Positions 28,402 to 38,307 are shown, counted from the stretch's first letter. The stretch is 43,972 nt of DNA from a virus (IMGVR_UViG_2681813201_000019); one strand, 5' to 3'. Numbers and translations: made by a program. The notes: generated by a model from the sequence alone, not told the origin.

Positions 28402-29298
28402 ATGCCTGCCGTTGACCTTTCCCAGTTACCGGACCCCGCCATTATCGCGGAGCCTGACTTTGAGGCAATTCTGGCTGACACAAAGGCCATGATGATTGCG
28501 GCTTATCCCGCCGAACAGCGTGAAGCCGTCTCCGCCGCGCTGGAGCTGGAATCGGAACCCCTGAACGTTATCGCCCAGACAACAGCGTTTCGTGAAATGC
28601 TGTTACGCCAGCGGGTCAATGAGGGGGCACGGGCCTGCATGTTAAGCCACAGCACCGGGACAGACCTGGACAACCTCGCGGGCAATATGAACACAAAGCG
28701 CCTGACCATCACTCCGGCAACGGATACCACCGACGCGGTGATGGAGAGTGACACCTCGCTGAGACTGCGGGCGCAGCGGGCGTACGACGGCCTGAGTGTT
28801 GCTGGCCCGTCAGGTGCATACGAGTATTTTGCCCGCAGCGCCAGCGGTCTGGTGCGTGATGCGCGGGCTATCAGTCCGTCTCCGGCCAACGTGACGGTTT
28901 CCATTCTGTCCACTGAAGGCGACGGCACAGCAACGGAGGCGTTGCTTAATACCGTTCGCGCCGTTCTGAATGCAGAGGATACCCGCCCGGTGGCCGACCG
29001 CCTGACCGTACAGAGTGCCAGAATCGTGACATGGCGGCTGAATGCAAAACTGTACTTTTACCCCGGCCCGGAATCCGAACCTATTCTGGCTGCGGCTGAA
29101 TCGTCGTTCAGGAAGTGGCTGGCTGAGCAGGGGCTTATCGGTCAGGACGTGGCGTTGTCCGCCATTGCTGCCGCACTGCATGTGCACGGTGTGCAACGCG
29201 TGGAGATAATCGAACCCACACAAAATATGGCCATCAGCGACATACAGGCGGCGCGCTGTGAGTCATTCACCATCAGCGAAGGTGGGCGTAATGAGTAA
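28402..29298 (+). CDS. J: Baseplate protein J (gpJ)
   Basis: 298 aa, P2 gpJ-like. Confidence 0.85.
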   Translation: MPAVDLSQLPDPAIIAEPDFEAILADTKAMMIAAYPAEQREAVSAALELESEPLNVIAQTTAFREMLLRQRVNEGARACMLSHSTGTDLDNLAGNMNTKRLTITPATDTTDAVMESDTSLRLRAQRAYDGLSVAGPSGAYEYFARSASGLVRDARAISPSPANVTVSILSTEGDGTATEALLNTVRAVLNAEDTRPVADRLTVQSARIVTWRLNAKLYFYPGPESEPILAAAESSFRKWLAEQGLIGQDVALSAIAAALHVHGVQRVEIIEPTQNMAISDIQAARCESFTISEGGRNE

Positions 29299-29821
29299 TT
29301 CACTGTTACCGCCATCAGCCAGCAATTTCATGCGTTGTGCCGAAGCTGTCGGAACGCGCATTACAGACATTCCGGTAGACCTCAACACACTGTGGTCGCC
29401 GGACACCTGCCCGGTGCATCTGCTGCCTTATCTCGCCTGGGCATTTTCCGTTGACCGCTGGGATCGCAACTGGCCGGAAGAGACAAAGCGACAGGTGATT
29501 CGTGATGCATGGCTGATACACCGACACAAAGGGACCATCAGCGCACTGCGCCGGGCCATTGAGCCGCTGGGATACCTCATTCGTGTGTCTGAGTGGTGGG
29601 AGTTCGGCGGAGAACCGGGAACATTTACCGTTGAAGTCGGCACGCTGGACAGTGGCGTGACGGAGGAAATGTATCTGGAAATGGAGCGGTTGATTGCTGA
29701 TGCCCGCCCGGTCAGCCGCCACATGACAGGGCTGAATATCATTCAGGAGATCCCGGGGGATATTTTCGCGGCGGCAGCAACTTACGACGGTGAAGTCATT
29801 ACCATTTATCCGGACGATTAA
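29291..29821 (+). CDS. I: Baseplate protein I (gpI); start at internal ATG overlapping the J stop
   Basis: MSNSLLPP...LWSPDTCPVHLLPYLAWAFSVDRWD parallels the P2 gpI N-terminus. Confidence 0.85.
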   Translation: MSNSLLPPSASNFMRCAEAVGTRITDIPVDLNTLWSPDTCPVHLLPYLAWAFSVDRWDRNWPEETKRQVIRDAWLIHRHKGTISALRRAIEPLGYLIRVSEWWEFGGEPGTFTVEVGTLDSGVTEEMYLEMERLIADARPVSRHMTGLNIIQEIPGDIFAAAATYDGEVITIYPDD

Positions 29822-29823
29822 GC

Positions 29824-31974
29824 ATGAGTACCACAACACGAAAATTTAAAACCATTATCACTGATACTGGTGCCAAAAAATTAGCTCAGGCAGCCGCGCC
29901 AGGTGGTAATCCTGTCCGCCTGACTCACATGGCCGTGGGCGACGGTGGCGGCACGTTGCCCACACCAGACAGTAAGCAGACCCGTCTGGTGCATGAGGTG
30001 TGGCGACATACTGTTAATCGCGTCATCCTGGACGCAACACATCAGAACCGCATTATTGCGGAGCTGGTTATTCCTCCTGAAACGGGCGGATTCTGGATCC
30101 GGGAAATTGGTGTATTTGATGAGCACGGCGATTTGATCGCGGTGGGCAATACTGCCGAAAGTTACAAGCCAGCCGTTGCCAAAGGATCCGGACGTGCACA
30201 AACATTTCGCACCATTCTGACCGTATCCAGCACTGCCACCGTGGCGCTTACCGTGGATAACACCATGGTTATGGCCACAGTGGATTACGTGAATGACAAA
30301 CTGAAAGAACATGAACAGTCACGACGTCACCCGGACGCCTCGCTGACCGCAAAAGGCTTTGTTCAACTCAGTAGCGCCACCAACAGCACGTCTGAAGCAC
30401 TGGCCGCAACGCCGAAAGCGGTCAAGGCAGCCTATGACCTTGCTAACGGGAAATATACCGCACAGGACGCCACTACAGCGCGAAAAGGTCTTGTCCAGCT
30501 CAGTAGTGCCACCAACAGCACGTCTGAAACGCTCGCCGCAACACCAAAAGCGGTAAAGGCCGCGTATGATCTTGCTAACGCAAAATATACCGCTCAGGAC
30601 GCCACGACGGCACAAAAAGGGATTGTCCAGCTCAGTAGTGCCACCAACAGCACGTCTGAAACACTGGCCGCGACATCGAAAGCGGTTAAGGCAGTAATGG
30701 ATGAAACAAATAAGAAAGCCCCATTAAACAGCCCGGCGCTGACCGGAACGCCAACAACACCAACTGCGCGACAGGGAACGAATAATACCCAAATCGCAAG
30801 CACGGCTTTCGTTATGGCTGCGATTGCCGCCCTTGTAGATTCGTCACCTGATGCACTGAACACGCTGAACGAGCTGGCTGCGGCGCTGGGCAACGACCCG
30901 AATTTTGCGACCACCATGACTAACGCGCTTGCGGGTAAGCAACCGAAAGATGCCACCCTGACGGCGCTGGCCGGGCTTGCTACTGCGGCAGACAGGTTTC
31001 CGTATTTTACGGGGAATGATGTCGCCAGCCTGGCAACTCTGACAAAAGTCGGGCGGGATATTCTTGCGAAATCGACCGTTGCCGCCGTTATCGAATACCT
31101 CGGTTTACAGGAAACGGTAAACAGGGCTGGTAACGCCGTGCAAAAAAATGGCGATACCTTGTCCGGTGGGCTTACTTTTGAAAATGACTCAATCCTTGCC
31201 TGGATTCGAAATACTGACTGGGCGAAGATTGGATTTAAAAATGATGCCGATGGTGACACTGATTCATACATGTGGTTTGAAACAGGCGACAACGGCAATG
31301 AATATTTCAAATGGAGAAGCCGCCAGAGCACCACAACAAAAGACCTGATGACGCTGAAATGGGATGCACTAAATATTCTTGTTAATGCTGTCATTAATGG
31401 CAGTCTTGGAGTTGGTTCGACGAATGCGTTAGGTGGTAGCTCTATTGTTCTTGGTGATAATGACACCGGATTTAAACAGAATGGAGACGGTATTCTGGAT
31501 GTTTATGCTAATAGTCAGCGTGTATTCCGCTTTCAGAATGGAGTGGCTATTGCTTTTAAAAATATTCAGGCCGGGGATGGTAAAAAATTCACGCTATCCA
31601 GCTCCAACAACTCCACAAAGAATGCAATGTTTAATTTATGGGGTGCTTCAACCCGTCCAGTAGTTGCAGAGTTAGGCGATGAGGCAGGATGGCATTTCTA
31701 TAGCCAGCGAAATACAGATAACTCGGTAATATTTTCTGTTAACGGTCAGATACAGCCCAGCAACTGGGGGAATTTTGATTCACGCTATGTAAAAGATGTT
31801 CGCCTGGGTACGCGTGTTGTTCAATTGATGGCGCGTGGTGGTCGTTATGAAAAAGCCGGACACGCAATTACCGGATTAAGAATCATTGGTGAAGTAGATG
31901 GCGATGATGAAGCCATCTTCAGACCAATACAAAAATACATCAATGGCACATGGTATAACGTCGCACAGGTGTAA
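29824..31974 (+). CDS. H: Tail fibre protein (gpH): constant N-terminal part plus invertible C-terminal part
   Basis: 716 aa; N-terminus MSTTTRKFKTIITDTGAKKLA...MAVGDGGG...HEVWRH parallels P2 gpH; three tandem copies of a roughly 44-aa repeat (KGxVQLSSATNSTSExLAAT(P/S)KAVKA...) at aa 177-295. Confidence 0.85.
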   Translation: MSTTTRKFKTIITDTGAKKLAQAAAPGGNPVRLTHMAVGDGGGTLPTPDSKQTRLVHEVWRHTVNRVILDATHQNRIIAELVIPPETGGFWIREIGVFDEHGDLIAVGNTAESYKPAVAKGSGRAQTFRTILTVSSTATVALTVDNTMVMATVDYVNDKLKEHEQSRRHPDASLTAKGFVQLSSATNSTSEALAATPKAVKAAYDLANGKYTAQDATTARKGLVQLSSATNSTSETLAATPKAVKAAYDLANAKYTAQDATTAQKGIVQLSSATNSTSETLAATSKAVKAVMDETNKKAPLNSPALTGTPTTPTARQGTNNTQIASTAFVMAAIAALVDSSPDALNTLNELAAALGNDPNFATTMTNALAGKQPKDATLTALAGLATAADRFPYFTGNDVASLATLTKVGRDILAKSTVAAVIEYLGLQETVNRAGNAVQKNGDTLSGGLTFENDSILAWIRNTDWAKIGFKNDADGDTDSYMWFETGDNGNEYFKWRSRQSTTTKDLMTLKWDALNILVNAVINGSLGVGSTNALGGSSIVLGDNDTGFKQNGDGILDVYANSQRVFRFQNGVAIAFKNIQAGDGKKFTLSSSNNSTKNAMFNLWGASTRPVVAELGDEAGWHFYSQRNTDNSVIFSVNGQIQPSNWGNFDSRYVKDVRLGTRVVQLMARGGRYEKAGHAITGLRIIGEVDGDDEAIFRPIQKYINGTWYNVAQV
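31088..31113. other. gix/hix-like recombination site (left boundary of the invertible segment), inside gpH at codons 422-430
   Basis: TTATCGAATACCTCGGTTTACAGGAA; inverted partner at 33766..33791; the core ACCTCGGTTTAC resembles the Mu gix site (TTCCTGTAAACCGAGGTTTTGGATAA, as recalled). Confidence 0.6.
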
Positions 31975-31977
31975 ATT

Positions 31978-32505
31978 ATGCAGCATTTAAAAAATATTAA
32001 GTCCGGAAATCCAAAAACAAAAGAACAATATCAGCTAACAAAGAATTTTGATGTTATCTGGTTATGGTCCGAAGACGGTAAAAACTGGTATGAGGAAGTA
32101 AATAACTTTCAGGACGACACCATAAAGATTGTATACGACGAAAATAATATTATTGTTGCCATAACCAAAGATGCCTCAACGCTTAATCCCGAAGGCTTTA
32201 GTGTCGTTGAGATTCCAGATATAACAGCCAATCGTCGTGCCGATGATTCAGGGAAGTGGATGTTTAAGGACGGAACTGTGGTTAAGCGGATTTATACAGC
32301 AGACGAACAGCAACAACAGGCCGAATCACAAAAGGTCGCGTTGCTTTCTGAAGCTGAAAGCGTTATTCAGCCACTGGAACGCGCTGTCAGGCTGAATATG
32401 GCGACGGATGAGGAACGCACACGACTGGAGTCATGGGAACGCTACAGCGTTCTGGTCAGCCGTGTGGATACAGCAAATCCCGAATGGCCACAAAAGCCTG
32501 AGTAA
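31978..32505 (+). CDS. G: Tail fibre assembly chaperone (gpG), currently in the expressed orientation
   Basis: 175 aa; [21 protein letters not shown]...; paired with the tail-fibre C-terminus. Confidence 0.85.
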   Translation: MQHLKNIKSGNPKTKEQYQLTKNFDVIWLWSEDGKNWYEEVNNFQDDTIKIVYDENNIIVAITKDASTLNPEGFSVVEIPDITANRRADDSGKWMFKDGTVVKRIYTADEQQQQAESQKVALLSEAESVIQPLERAVRLNMATDEERTRLESWERYSVLVSRVDTANPEWPQKPE

Positions 32506-32510
32506 AAATT

Positions 32511-32530
32511 AAGGCCCGATATCGGGCCTT
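32511..32530. terminator. Palindromic hairpin between the convergent G and G' genes (possible bidirectional terminator)
   Basis: aaggcccgatatcgggcctt. Confidence 0.4.
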
Positions 32531-32533
32531 CTC

Positions 32534-33067
32534 TCATTCTGGTTGTTCGGGAAACGTTACTGGCAGGCTGGAGGTGTCTGTAGATTCGACTTTCTGCGCA
32601 AAGAGCATCCACTCGGTTAATTTCTGCTTATTCTCGTCGGAAATGATGCCCAGCCGTAGCTGTGAGTCCCATAGCTGGGTTTTATCCCTGACAAGTTGCA
32701 ACAGGCTTTGCTTTTCATTTTCCGCTTGTTGTCTCTGCTCTTCCTCGGTATAAGTTCGCTTTATCACTACGCCATCTTTGAACATCCATTTCCCCGAAAT
32801 ATCAGCCCGGCGATTTGCTGTAATATCAGGTAATTCAACGACGCTTGCGCCTTCCGGATTAATTGCTGAAACATCCTTTTCAATACAAATAATAACGCCG
32901 TTATGGTCATAGACCATTTTCAAAGTGTCTGGCTGGAAATTCTTTTGTTCCTCATACCAGTTTTTTCCATCATCTGAATAAAGCCATTTGATGTTAAATT
33001 GCTTTGTTAGCTGGTATTGCTCTTTTGTTTTAGGGTTGCCAGCAGTAATGTTTTTTAAGTGCATCAT
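32534..33067 (-). CDS. Alternative tail fibre assembly chaperone (G'), inverted orientation
   Basis: 177 aa; [24 protein letters not shown]... is a paralogue of gpG on the opposite strand inside the invertible segment. Confidence 0.8.
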   Translation of the reverse strand: MMHLKNITAGNPKTKEQYQLTKQFNIKWLYSDDGKNWYEEQKNFQPDTLKMVYDHNGVIICIEKDVSAINPEGASVVELPDITANRRADISGKWMFKDGVVIKRTYTEEEQRQQAENEKQSLLQLVRDKTQLWDSQLRLGIISDENKQKLTEWMLFAQKVESTDTSSLPVTFPEQPE

Positions 33068-33069
33068 CG

Positions 33070-33780
33070 TTAAATACTCCCCGCGTTATACCACGTCCCA
33101 TTAATGCAATACTGAATTGGCCTTGCCTGTGTTGTATCAATTAATTCATCACGGTTTCCGTTAACTGAACCCGTAACGACATAACCTGACCTGTCAGACC
33201 AGCCGGGACCATTCCATGTCTGAACAGATGACAGACCGCCAAGGCGAATACCTGTAATAAACCTTGAGTTACATTCTGCCTGCGTATATGCACCAACATC
33301 TCCCGCTGAAGGTTTTCGTGTCGTGGTATAGAAATCTGACCAACCTAATTCAAACCCATAACCATCACGAGCCGACCTGTAGGAAATGCCACCATTTTTA
33401 TAATTCACACGGAATTGTACGGCAGGACAGCTACCAGCATTTATATTAAAGTGAAGAATTAATACAGATGCACCACCAATCAGGGCGTTATATGCACCAC
33501 TATCCCAATTCCATCCAACGGATGTATCACCATTAACAGTATTACCTGTTTGTCGGAGTGCAAATGCATTGACATTTTTGGCACTAATTGAAATATCGCT
33601 AGAACCATCAAAACCAACTCCAGCAATTTTTCGTGCTGTTTTCAGCTTTGTTGCAGTAGCGGCATTGCCGGACAGTTCCCCAGAAAGGCCACCGCTGAAT
33701 GTTTGTCGATTGGTCCAGGTATTCGCTGTACTGAGTAACGGTATTTTCTCCCCGCTTGTGCCGAGTTCTCGTAAACCGAG
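33070..33780 (-). CDS. Alternative tail-fibre C-terminal cassette with no start codon (would fuse to the gpH constant region after inversion)
   Basis: Reading the minus strand from the gix-like site gives an open frame of about 232 codons (LGLRELGTSGEKIPLL...INGTWYNAGSI) in phase with the gpH crossover codons; ends with the same INGTWYN motif as the current gpH C-terminus. Confidence 0.6.
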   Translation of the reverse strand, partial: LGLRELGTSGEKIPLLSTANTWTNRQTFSGGLSGELSGNAATATKLKTARKIAGVGFDGSSDISISAKNVNAFALRQTGNTVNGDTSVGWNWDSGAYNALIGGASVLILHFNINAGSCPAVQFRVNYKNGGISYRSARDGYGFELGWSDFYTTTRKPSAGDVGAYTQAECNSRFITGIRLGGLSSVQTWNGPGWSDRSGYVVTGSVNGNRDELIDTTQARPIQYCINGTWYNAGSI

Positions 33781-33791
33781 GTTTTAAATAA
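33766..33791. other. gix/hix-like recombination site (right boundary of the invertible segment)
   Basis: TTCTCGTAAACCGAGGTTTTAAATAA, inverted relative to 31088..31113 and just upstream of the invertase gene. Confidence 0.6.
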
Positions 33792-33827
33792 TGGCCGTTT
33801 CTGGCCTGCATGGCATGATTTGCGCTT

Positions 33828-34445
33828 TTGGACGGGAGATTCAGTGTGCTGATTGGCTATGTAAGGGTATCAACAAATGACCAGAATACAGACCTGCAAC
33901 GAAACGCTCTTGTTTGTGCAGGATGTGAACAAATATTTGAAGATAAATTAAGCGGGACAAAGACAGACCGACCGGGATTAAAACGCGCTTTAAAGCGCCT
34001 TCAAAAAGGTGACACGCTGGTTGTCTGGAAACTGGATCGCCTCGGGCGAAGCATGAAACATCTGATTTCTCTCGTCGGGGAACTACGGGAGCGAGGGATT
34101 AATTTTCGCAGTCTGACCGACAGCATAGACACATCTTCTCCAATGGGGCGTTTTTTCTTCCACGTGATGGGTGCCCTGGCTGAAATGGAACGTGAATTAA
34201 TTGTTGAACGTACACTGGCCGGGCTGGCGGCAGCGCGCGCAAGGGGGCGCACAGGCGGACGTCGACCGAAGCTGACAAAAGAACAGCATGAGCAAATAGC
34301 AAGGCTAATCAAAAACGGGCACGACAGAAAACAACTGGCAATAATTTACGGCATTGGCACATCGACGATTTATCGTTATCACCCTGTAGGCGATATACAG
34401 ACTGAAGAAACAACCGGGCAGACTCAGGAAAATGAAAACCGCTAA
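33828..34445 (+). CDS. Serine DNA invertase (Gin/Hin/Cin/Pin family)
   Basis: LIGYVRVSTNDQNTDLQRNAL...GDTLVVWKLDRLGRS... and a C-terminal HTH; the true start may be the internal GTG (VLIGY...) 18 nt downstream. Confidence 0.9.
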   Translation: MDGRFSVLIGYVRVSTNDQNTDLQRNALVCAGCEQIFEDKLSGTKTDRPGLKRALKRLQKGDTLVVWKLDRLGRSMKHLISLVGELRERGINFRSLTDSIDTSSPMGRFFFHVMGALAEMERELIVERTLAGLAAARARGRTGGRRPKLTKEQHEQIARLIKNGHDRKQLAIIYGIGTSTIYRYHPVGDIQTEETTGQTQENENR

Positions 34446-34468
34446 TCTGACCATTAGCGGTTTTTGTG
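34439..34468. terminator. Hairpin plus T-run after the invertase gene (between convergent invertase and gpU)
   Basis: ccgctaatctgaccattagcgg followed by tttttg. Confidence 0.45.
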
Positions 34469-34473
34469 TTAAA

Positions 34474-34968
34474 TCAGAACAGCCCTTTAACTGAACTGGC
34501 CGCGCTGTTAAGAGATGATGTCACCTTATCTTTGAATCCGGACAGCATATCACTGAACGATGAGGATTGCAGGCGCTCCCGCAAATCCTCATCACAGCGT
34601 TCAAGAGTCAGTGAAAATTCTATCTTTTTCGCCTTACCGTAGCGATCAAACTCGGAGCGGGTCGTATTCGTTTCAGTCAGGACATACATGCCGTAAATCT
34701 GCCCGACGCCATCAATCAAAGGCCAGGGTCGTCCTGTATACGCCTGCGTGGTCAGCAGCGACAGCGACACTTCGCCACCTGTAATTTCAGGATAAAGCAC
34801 ACCAGAAAGAACGATGCGATCATCACCTGCACCGATATACTGCCAGCTTGCTGAACGGTTAACGCGTTCATTTTTCACATGCCGCCAGCTTTTGTTTTGC
34901 TGTAACTGCTGATGCGGCAGCGTGCGCAGCTCAAAAACAAACATGCCGTAGATCATCATCATGGCCAT
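34474..34968 (-). CDS. U: Tail protein U (gpU)
   Basis: RSWRHVKN.RVNRS...IGAGDD...LSGVLYPEITGG...GRPWPLIDGVG parallels P2 gpU. Confidence 0.85.
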   Translation of the reverse strand: MAMMMIYGMFVFELRTLPHQQLQQNKSWRHVKNERVNRSASWQYIGAGDDRIVLSGVLYPEITGGEVSLSLLTTQAYTGRPWPLIDGVGQIYGMYVLTETNTTRSEFDRYGKAKKIEFSLTLERCDEDLRERLQSSSFSDMLSGFKDKVTSSLNSAASSVKGLF

Positions 34969-34974
34969 GACTCC

Positions 34975-37818
34975 TCAATCTTTATCGTAAAAACTGCCAC
35001 GCCCGGCACGGGCGCGCCGTTCCATTTCTGCCCTGACCATTTCACCGACCAGTTTCGCCAGTTCGCGGGGATTCTGCGTAACAACGTTATGCAGATGAAC
35101 ATGAATTTCACCACCAAATCCGGAGGCAACAGGCTCCCGGTTACGGGAAGTTACAGGAACTGATGCCACTGGAGATCGTATAGCCTCCGCCACCGGGCGG
35201 GAGCTGGCCGCAACAACAGGGACCAGCGCCGGAGGCAGCGGAGCCGGGACCACGGGTGTGATATTAATTGCGGGGGCAGGCTTACTGACCTGCGCAATCT
35301 TCCGCTCCTGCCACTCCCCACGAACAGCAAGTGCTCGGGGCAGGTTTTTAAAGACAATATCGCCGGGGCCAATGCGTTTTTTCGTCTCCTCAACCAGCTT
35401 ACCTGTGTTATCAGCAATTTTGCTGAGTCTGCGCAGCGTACCGGTATTGCTGTCTGTGAGCGGTTTATTGTCTTTGGGGTTATCACCTCCGGTGCCATTG
35501 CCATTTTCCACAGGCTTCGGCGGATTGATTTTCGCCAGGTCCCCCTGAAGCAAGGCAACCTTGTCCTGAAGAATGGCCGCACGCTGTGCGTCTTCGATTT
35601 TCTTGCGCGCCCTTTCCGCTTCATCCGGAAGCACACCAAGCTTTTCAAGTATCCACGCCAGCGTATCCAGCAACATTTTTGCAGGTGTCAGAACAAGTTG
35701 TAACGCACCGCCAAGAACGTTACCGAATATCTCGCCAGCACTGGTACATTTATCCAGAGTTTCCTTGCTGGACTCCATCGGTGACAGCAGCGATTTAAAC
35801 CAGTTAAACACCTGGCTGATCCCACTCCCGATTGCGTCAAAAACAGGACCAAACCGTTCAAAGGTTTCGCGCAACGGGGTCAGCCTTTCCATAATCCCGC
35901 TGAACACCCAGGCAAAAAATGCCCTGATGGGATCCCAGTATTTCCAGATAAGAACGGCAGCTCCGGCAAGCGCAGCCACGATAAGACCAACCGGACTGAA
36001 CAACGCCCCGATAGCGCCTCCCAGTAAAGAAACGGAACCCGTCACCATTCCCCATAGTGCTGGCAGAACCCTGACAGCATTCATTGATCCGGTCAGGAGG
36101 GAAAAACCAAGACGCAGTTTTGCCAGCGGGCCAGCAAGCACACCAATAGCCAGCGACAACGAGCCAACCGTTGCAGTCATTGCCAGCAGTGCACCGCCTG
36201 CAATCAGTAGCTGGCGCGTCAGTGCGGGATGGGCCTGCGCCAGCGCCGTCACCTTTGATACCACACGCGTGAGCCACTGCGTGACAGAACGCAGCGGACC
36301 GTCAATCAGATCTGCAATGCGGATGCGCAACCCTTCCCATGCACTGCTGAGTGATTTCAGATCGCCGTCAAGGTTGTTGGCCATAACCTTTGCCGTGCGT
36401 TCAGCCTCACCGCGCGCGCCTTCAAGTTCTTTTCTCAGTTTGGGTAAGGAGCCGTCACCTGCCGCATCAACGAGGGCCATAAATGATGTGAAAGCCTCTT
36501 CTCCGGCAATGTCCTTAAAGAACGATACCCGGTCAACTTCCCCGTATTTGCGGGTAGCTTTATAAAGGTCAGCCAGCACATCCTCCATCGGGCGCATTTT
36601 GCCCCCGGCATCCGAGACAGACACGCCAAGCTCTTTCAGCGCCTCTGCTGCCGCCTTTGGCGGTGATGCCAGACGAGCCAGGCTGGCACGCATTGCCGTA
36701 CCAGCATCACTCCCCCTGATACCCATATTCGCCAGCACGCCCGCCATCGCTGCGGCCTGCTCCAGCGATATTCCCAGCTTACCCGCCACCGGACCTGCAT
36801 ATTTCATGGTTTCACCCAGTGCGCGAAGGTCAGTGTTGGTACGGGTAAACGCTGCGGTGAGTGTGTCGCCGACCCGGTCCATCTGGTCAGCAGAAAGACC
36901 GAACTGCGTCAGAATATTTGAGCCAATATCCGCCGTCTCACCGAGGTCCATACCGCCAGCCGTTGCCATGCTCAGTACGCCAGGGAGCGCAGCCTGAATG
37001 GCCTGTGGTGTAAAGCCAGCCATTGCAAGAAATGCCTGTCCACTGGCGGCATCGCCTGCGGTGAACTGCGTTTCAGAGCCAAGTTTTAACGCCTGCTCAC
37101 GCAGCGCCTTAAACTGCGGGCTGTTCTGGTCGATTCGCGTCAGTGCCTGAACGCGGGACATCTCTTTGCCGAACCCGATCGCAGGCTGCAAAAAACGCCC
37201 GGCAGCATAGCCGCCCGCCGCTGCCGCACCAATTGCCAGCGCACCACCTGTTTTCAGTTTTCCCGCTGTTTCCTGCGCGCGCGAATACCGCTCACGCGCC
37301 CGTGTTACACGCGCAAGCGCCTGCCGTTCGCGTTCAAGCTGGTTGTTGTACTGTTCGGTGCGTCTGATGGCCTGCTGGATGGTGTTATCGCTGCCTGTCA
37401 GGGAAATGCCGTGGCGTTTCAGCTCTCCGCCAAGCTCCCGCATTTTCTGAATTTCCCGTGTGCGCGATTCATTCAGGCGTTCAAGCCGGGTGCTTAACTG
37501 CTGCATCAGCTTTTGTTGTTTTTCGCTGAGCACTGTACCCGTGCGTTGTAACTGATTAAGGGCGTTAAGCTGGCGTCGTGCTTTCACGATGCCCGCATCC
37601 GCTTTACTGACAGCGTCACGGGCGCGCTCAAATGATCGCGCCTGACGCTCGAGATTTTTGATCGCCCCCTGCGTTCGCTGGATGGAGTCACCAAACTGCC
37701 CCATCAGGCGGCGGGCGTTTTCGGCAGGCCGGGTCAGCCTGTCAACGGCGCTGAAAGCGACCCGGATATCAAGAGTCTTCATTGTCTGCATTCCCGCTAC
37801 GAAGTGCCGCCCGCTCAC
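34975..37818 (-). CDS. T: Tail tape measure protein (gpT)
   Basis: 947 aa, coiled-coil and Ala/Gly-rich central region; lies between E/E' and U. Confidence 0.85.
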   Translation of the reverse strand: MSGRHFVAGMQTMKTLDIRVAFSAVDRLTRPAENARRLMGQFGDSIQRTQGAIKNLERQARSFERARDAVSKADAGIVKARRQLNALNQLQRTGTVLSEKQQKLMQQLSTRLERLNESRTREIQKMRELGGELKRHGISLTGSDNTIQQAIRRTEQYNNQLERERQALARVTRARERYSRAQETAGKLKTGGALAIGAAAAGGYAAGRFLQPAIGFGKEMSRVQALTRIDQNSPQFKALREQALKLGSETQFTAGDAASGQAFLAMAGFTPQAIQAALPGVLSMATAGGMDLGETADIGSNILTQFGLSADQMDRVGDTLTAAFTRTNTDLRALGETMKYAGPVAGKLGISLEQAAAMAGVLANMGIRGSDAGTAMRASLARLASPPKAAAEALKELGVSVSDAGGKMRPMEDVLADLYKATRKYGEVDRVSFFKDIAGEEAFTSFMALVDAAGDGSLPKLRKELEGARGEAERTAKVMANNLDGDLKSLSSAWEGLRIRIADLIDGPLRSVTQWLTRVVSKVTALAQAHPALTRQLLIAGGALLAMTATVGSLSLAIGVLAGPLAKLRLGFSLLTGSMNAVRVLPALWGMVTGSVSLLGGAIGALFSPVGLIVAALAGAAVLIWKYWDPIRAFFAWVFSGIMERLTPLRETFERFGPVFDAIGSGISQVFNWFKSLLSPMESSKETLDKCTSAGEIFGNVLGGALQLVLTPAKMLLDTLAWILEKLGVLPDEAERARKKIEDAQRAAILQDKVALLQGDLAKINPPKPVENGNGTGGDNPKDNKPLTDSNTGTLRRLSKIADNTGKLVEETKKRIGPGDIVFKNLPRALAVRGEWQERKIAQVSKPAPAINITPVVPAPLPPALVPVVAASSRPVAEAIRSPVASVPVTSRNREPVASGFGGEIHVHLHNVVTQNPRELAKLVGEMVRAEMERRARAGRGSFYDKD

Positions 37819-38005
37819 GCCAGCTAACCACTTCGCCGGGCGTCATCATGAAGATTTCGGCGGGCGACCAGTTAAAAATGGCGGCAATATCCGCCACCAG
37901 ATCTTCGATGTGCTCAAAGCACACCAGGGTGATTACGCTGCCGTCTCCTGCACGCTCTTCGCGCCAGAGTCTGGCTCGCTCATAAAATTTACAGCCACAG
38001 CGCAC
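37769..38005 (-). CDS. E' frame: extension of the tail assembly chaperone reached by a -1 frameshift (E+E' fusion)
   Basis: Open -1 frame overlapping the 3' part of E and the start of T, as in the P2 E/E' arrangement; an A7 run (about 38031..38037) and a TTTT slip site lie just upstream in the E frame. Confidence 0.4.
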   Translation of the reverse strand: MRCGCKFYERARLWREERAGDGSVITLVCFEHIEDLVADIAAIFNWSPAEIFMMTPGEVVSWRERAALRSGNADNEDS

Positions 38006-38307
38006 AACTGAATAAAATCGCGTGACGACATTTTTTTAATCATCACTTCATCCAGTCGTGGCGAGGTCACGCGAGGCAACAGCGTGAACATGGTATCCGC
38101 TTTCAGATTCAGCACATCAGACAGCGACAGACCACGCAGGGATCCAGCCTGCTCAATAGCCCCGGTGATCTCCACATACGTGATTTTTTCGCCACCACGC
38201 TCAATTGGTCGGGTCAGTTTTACGCCACGTTCGACAGCCATATCCTCAACTGCCGTCACATTATCCGCCACGGTGTTATTCCGGGTTTCAGTATCGATGT
38301 CTTTCAT
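37933..38307 (-). CDS. E: Tail assembly chaperone (gpE)
   Basis: 124-aa ORF between the tail tube and tape measure genes. Confidence 0.7.
   Translation of the reverse strand: MKDIDTETRNNTVADNVTAVEDMAVERGVKLTRPIERGGEKITYVEITGAIEQAGSLRGLSLSDVLNLKADTMFTLLPRVTSPRLDEVMIKKMSSRDFIQLCAVAVNFMSEPDSGAKSVQETAA

Noticed and set aside
30594-31466. 290-aa minus-strand ORF inside the tail fibre gene
   Set aside because: Antisense to gpH, Ala/Ser/Val-rich mirror of the fibre repeats; considered non-coding
35573-36565. 330-aa plus-strand ORF inside the tape measure gene, and the 200-aa ORF 39568..40170 inside the sheath gene
   Set aside because: Antisense shadow ORFs within long, well-supported structural genes
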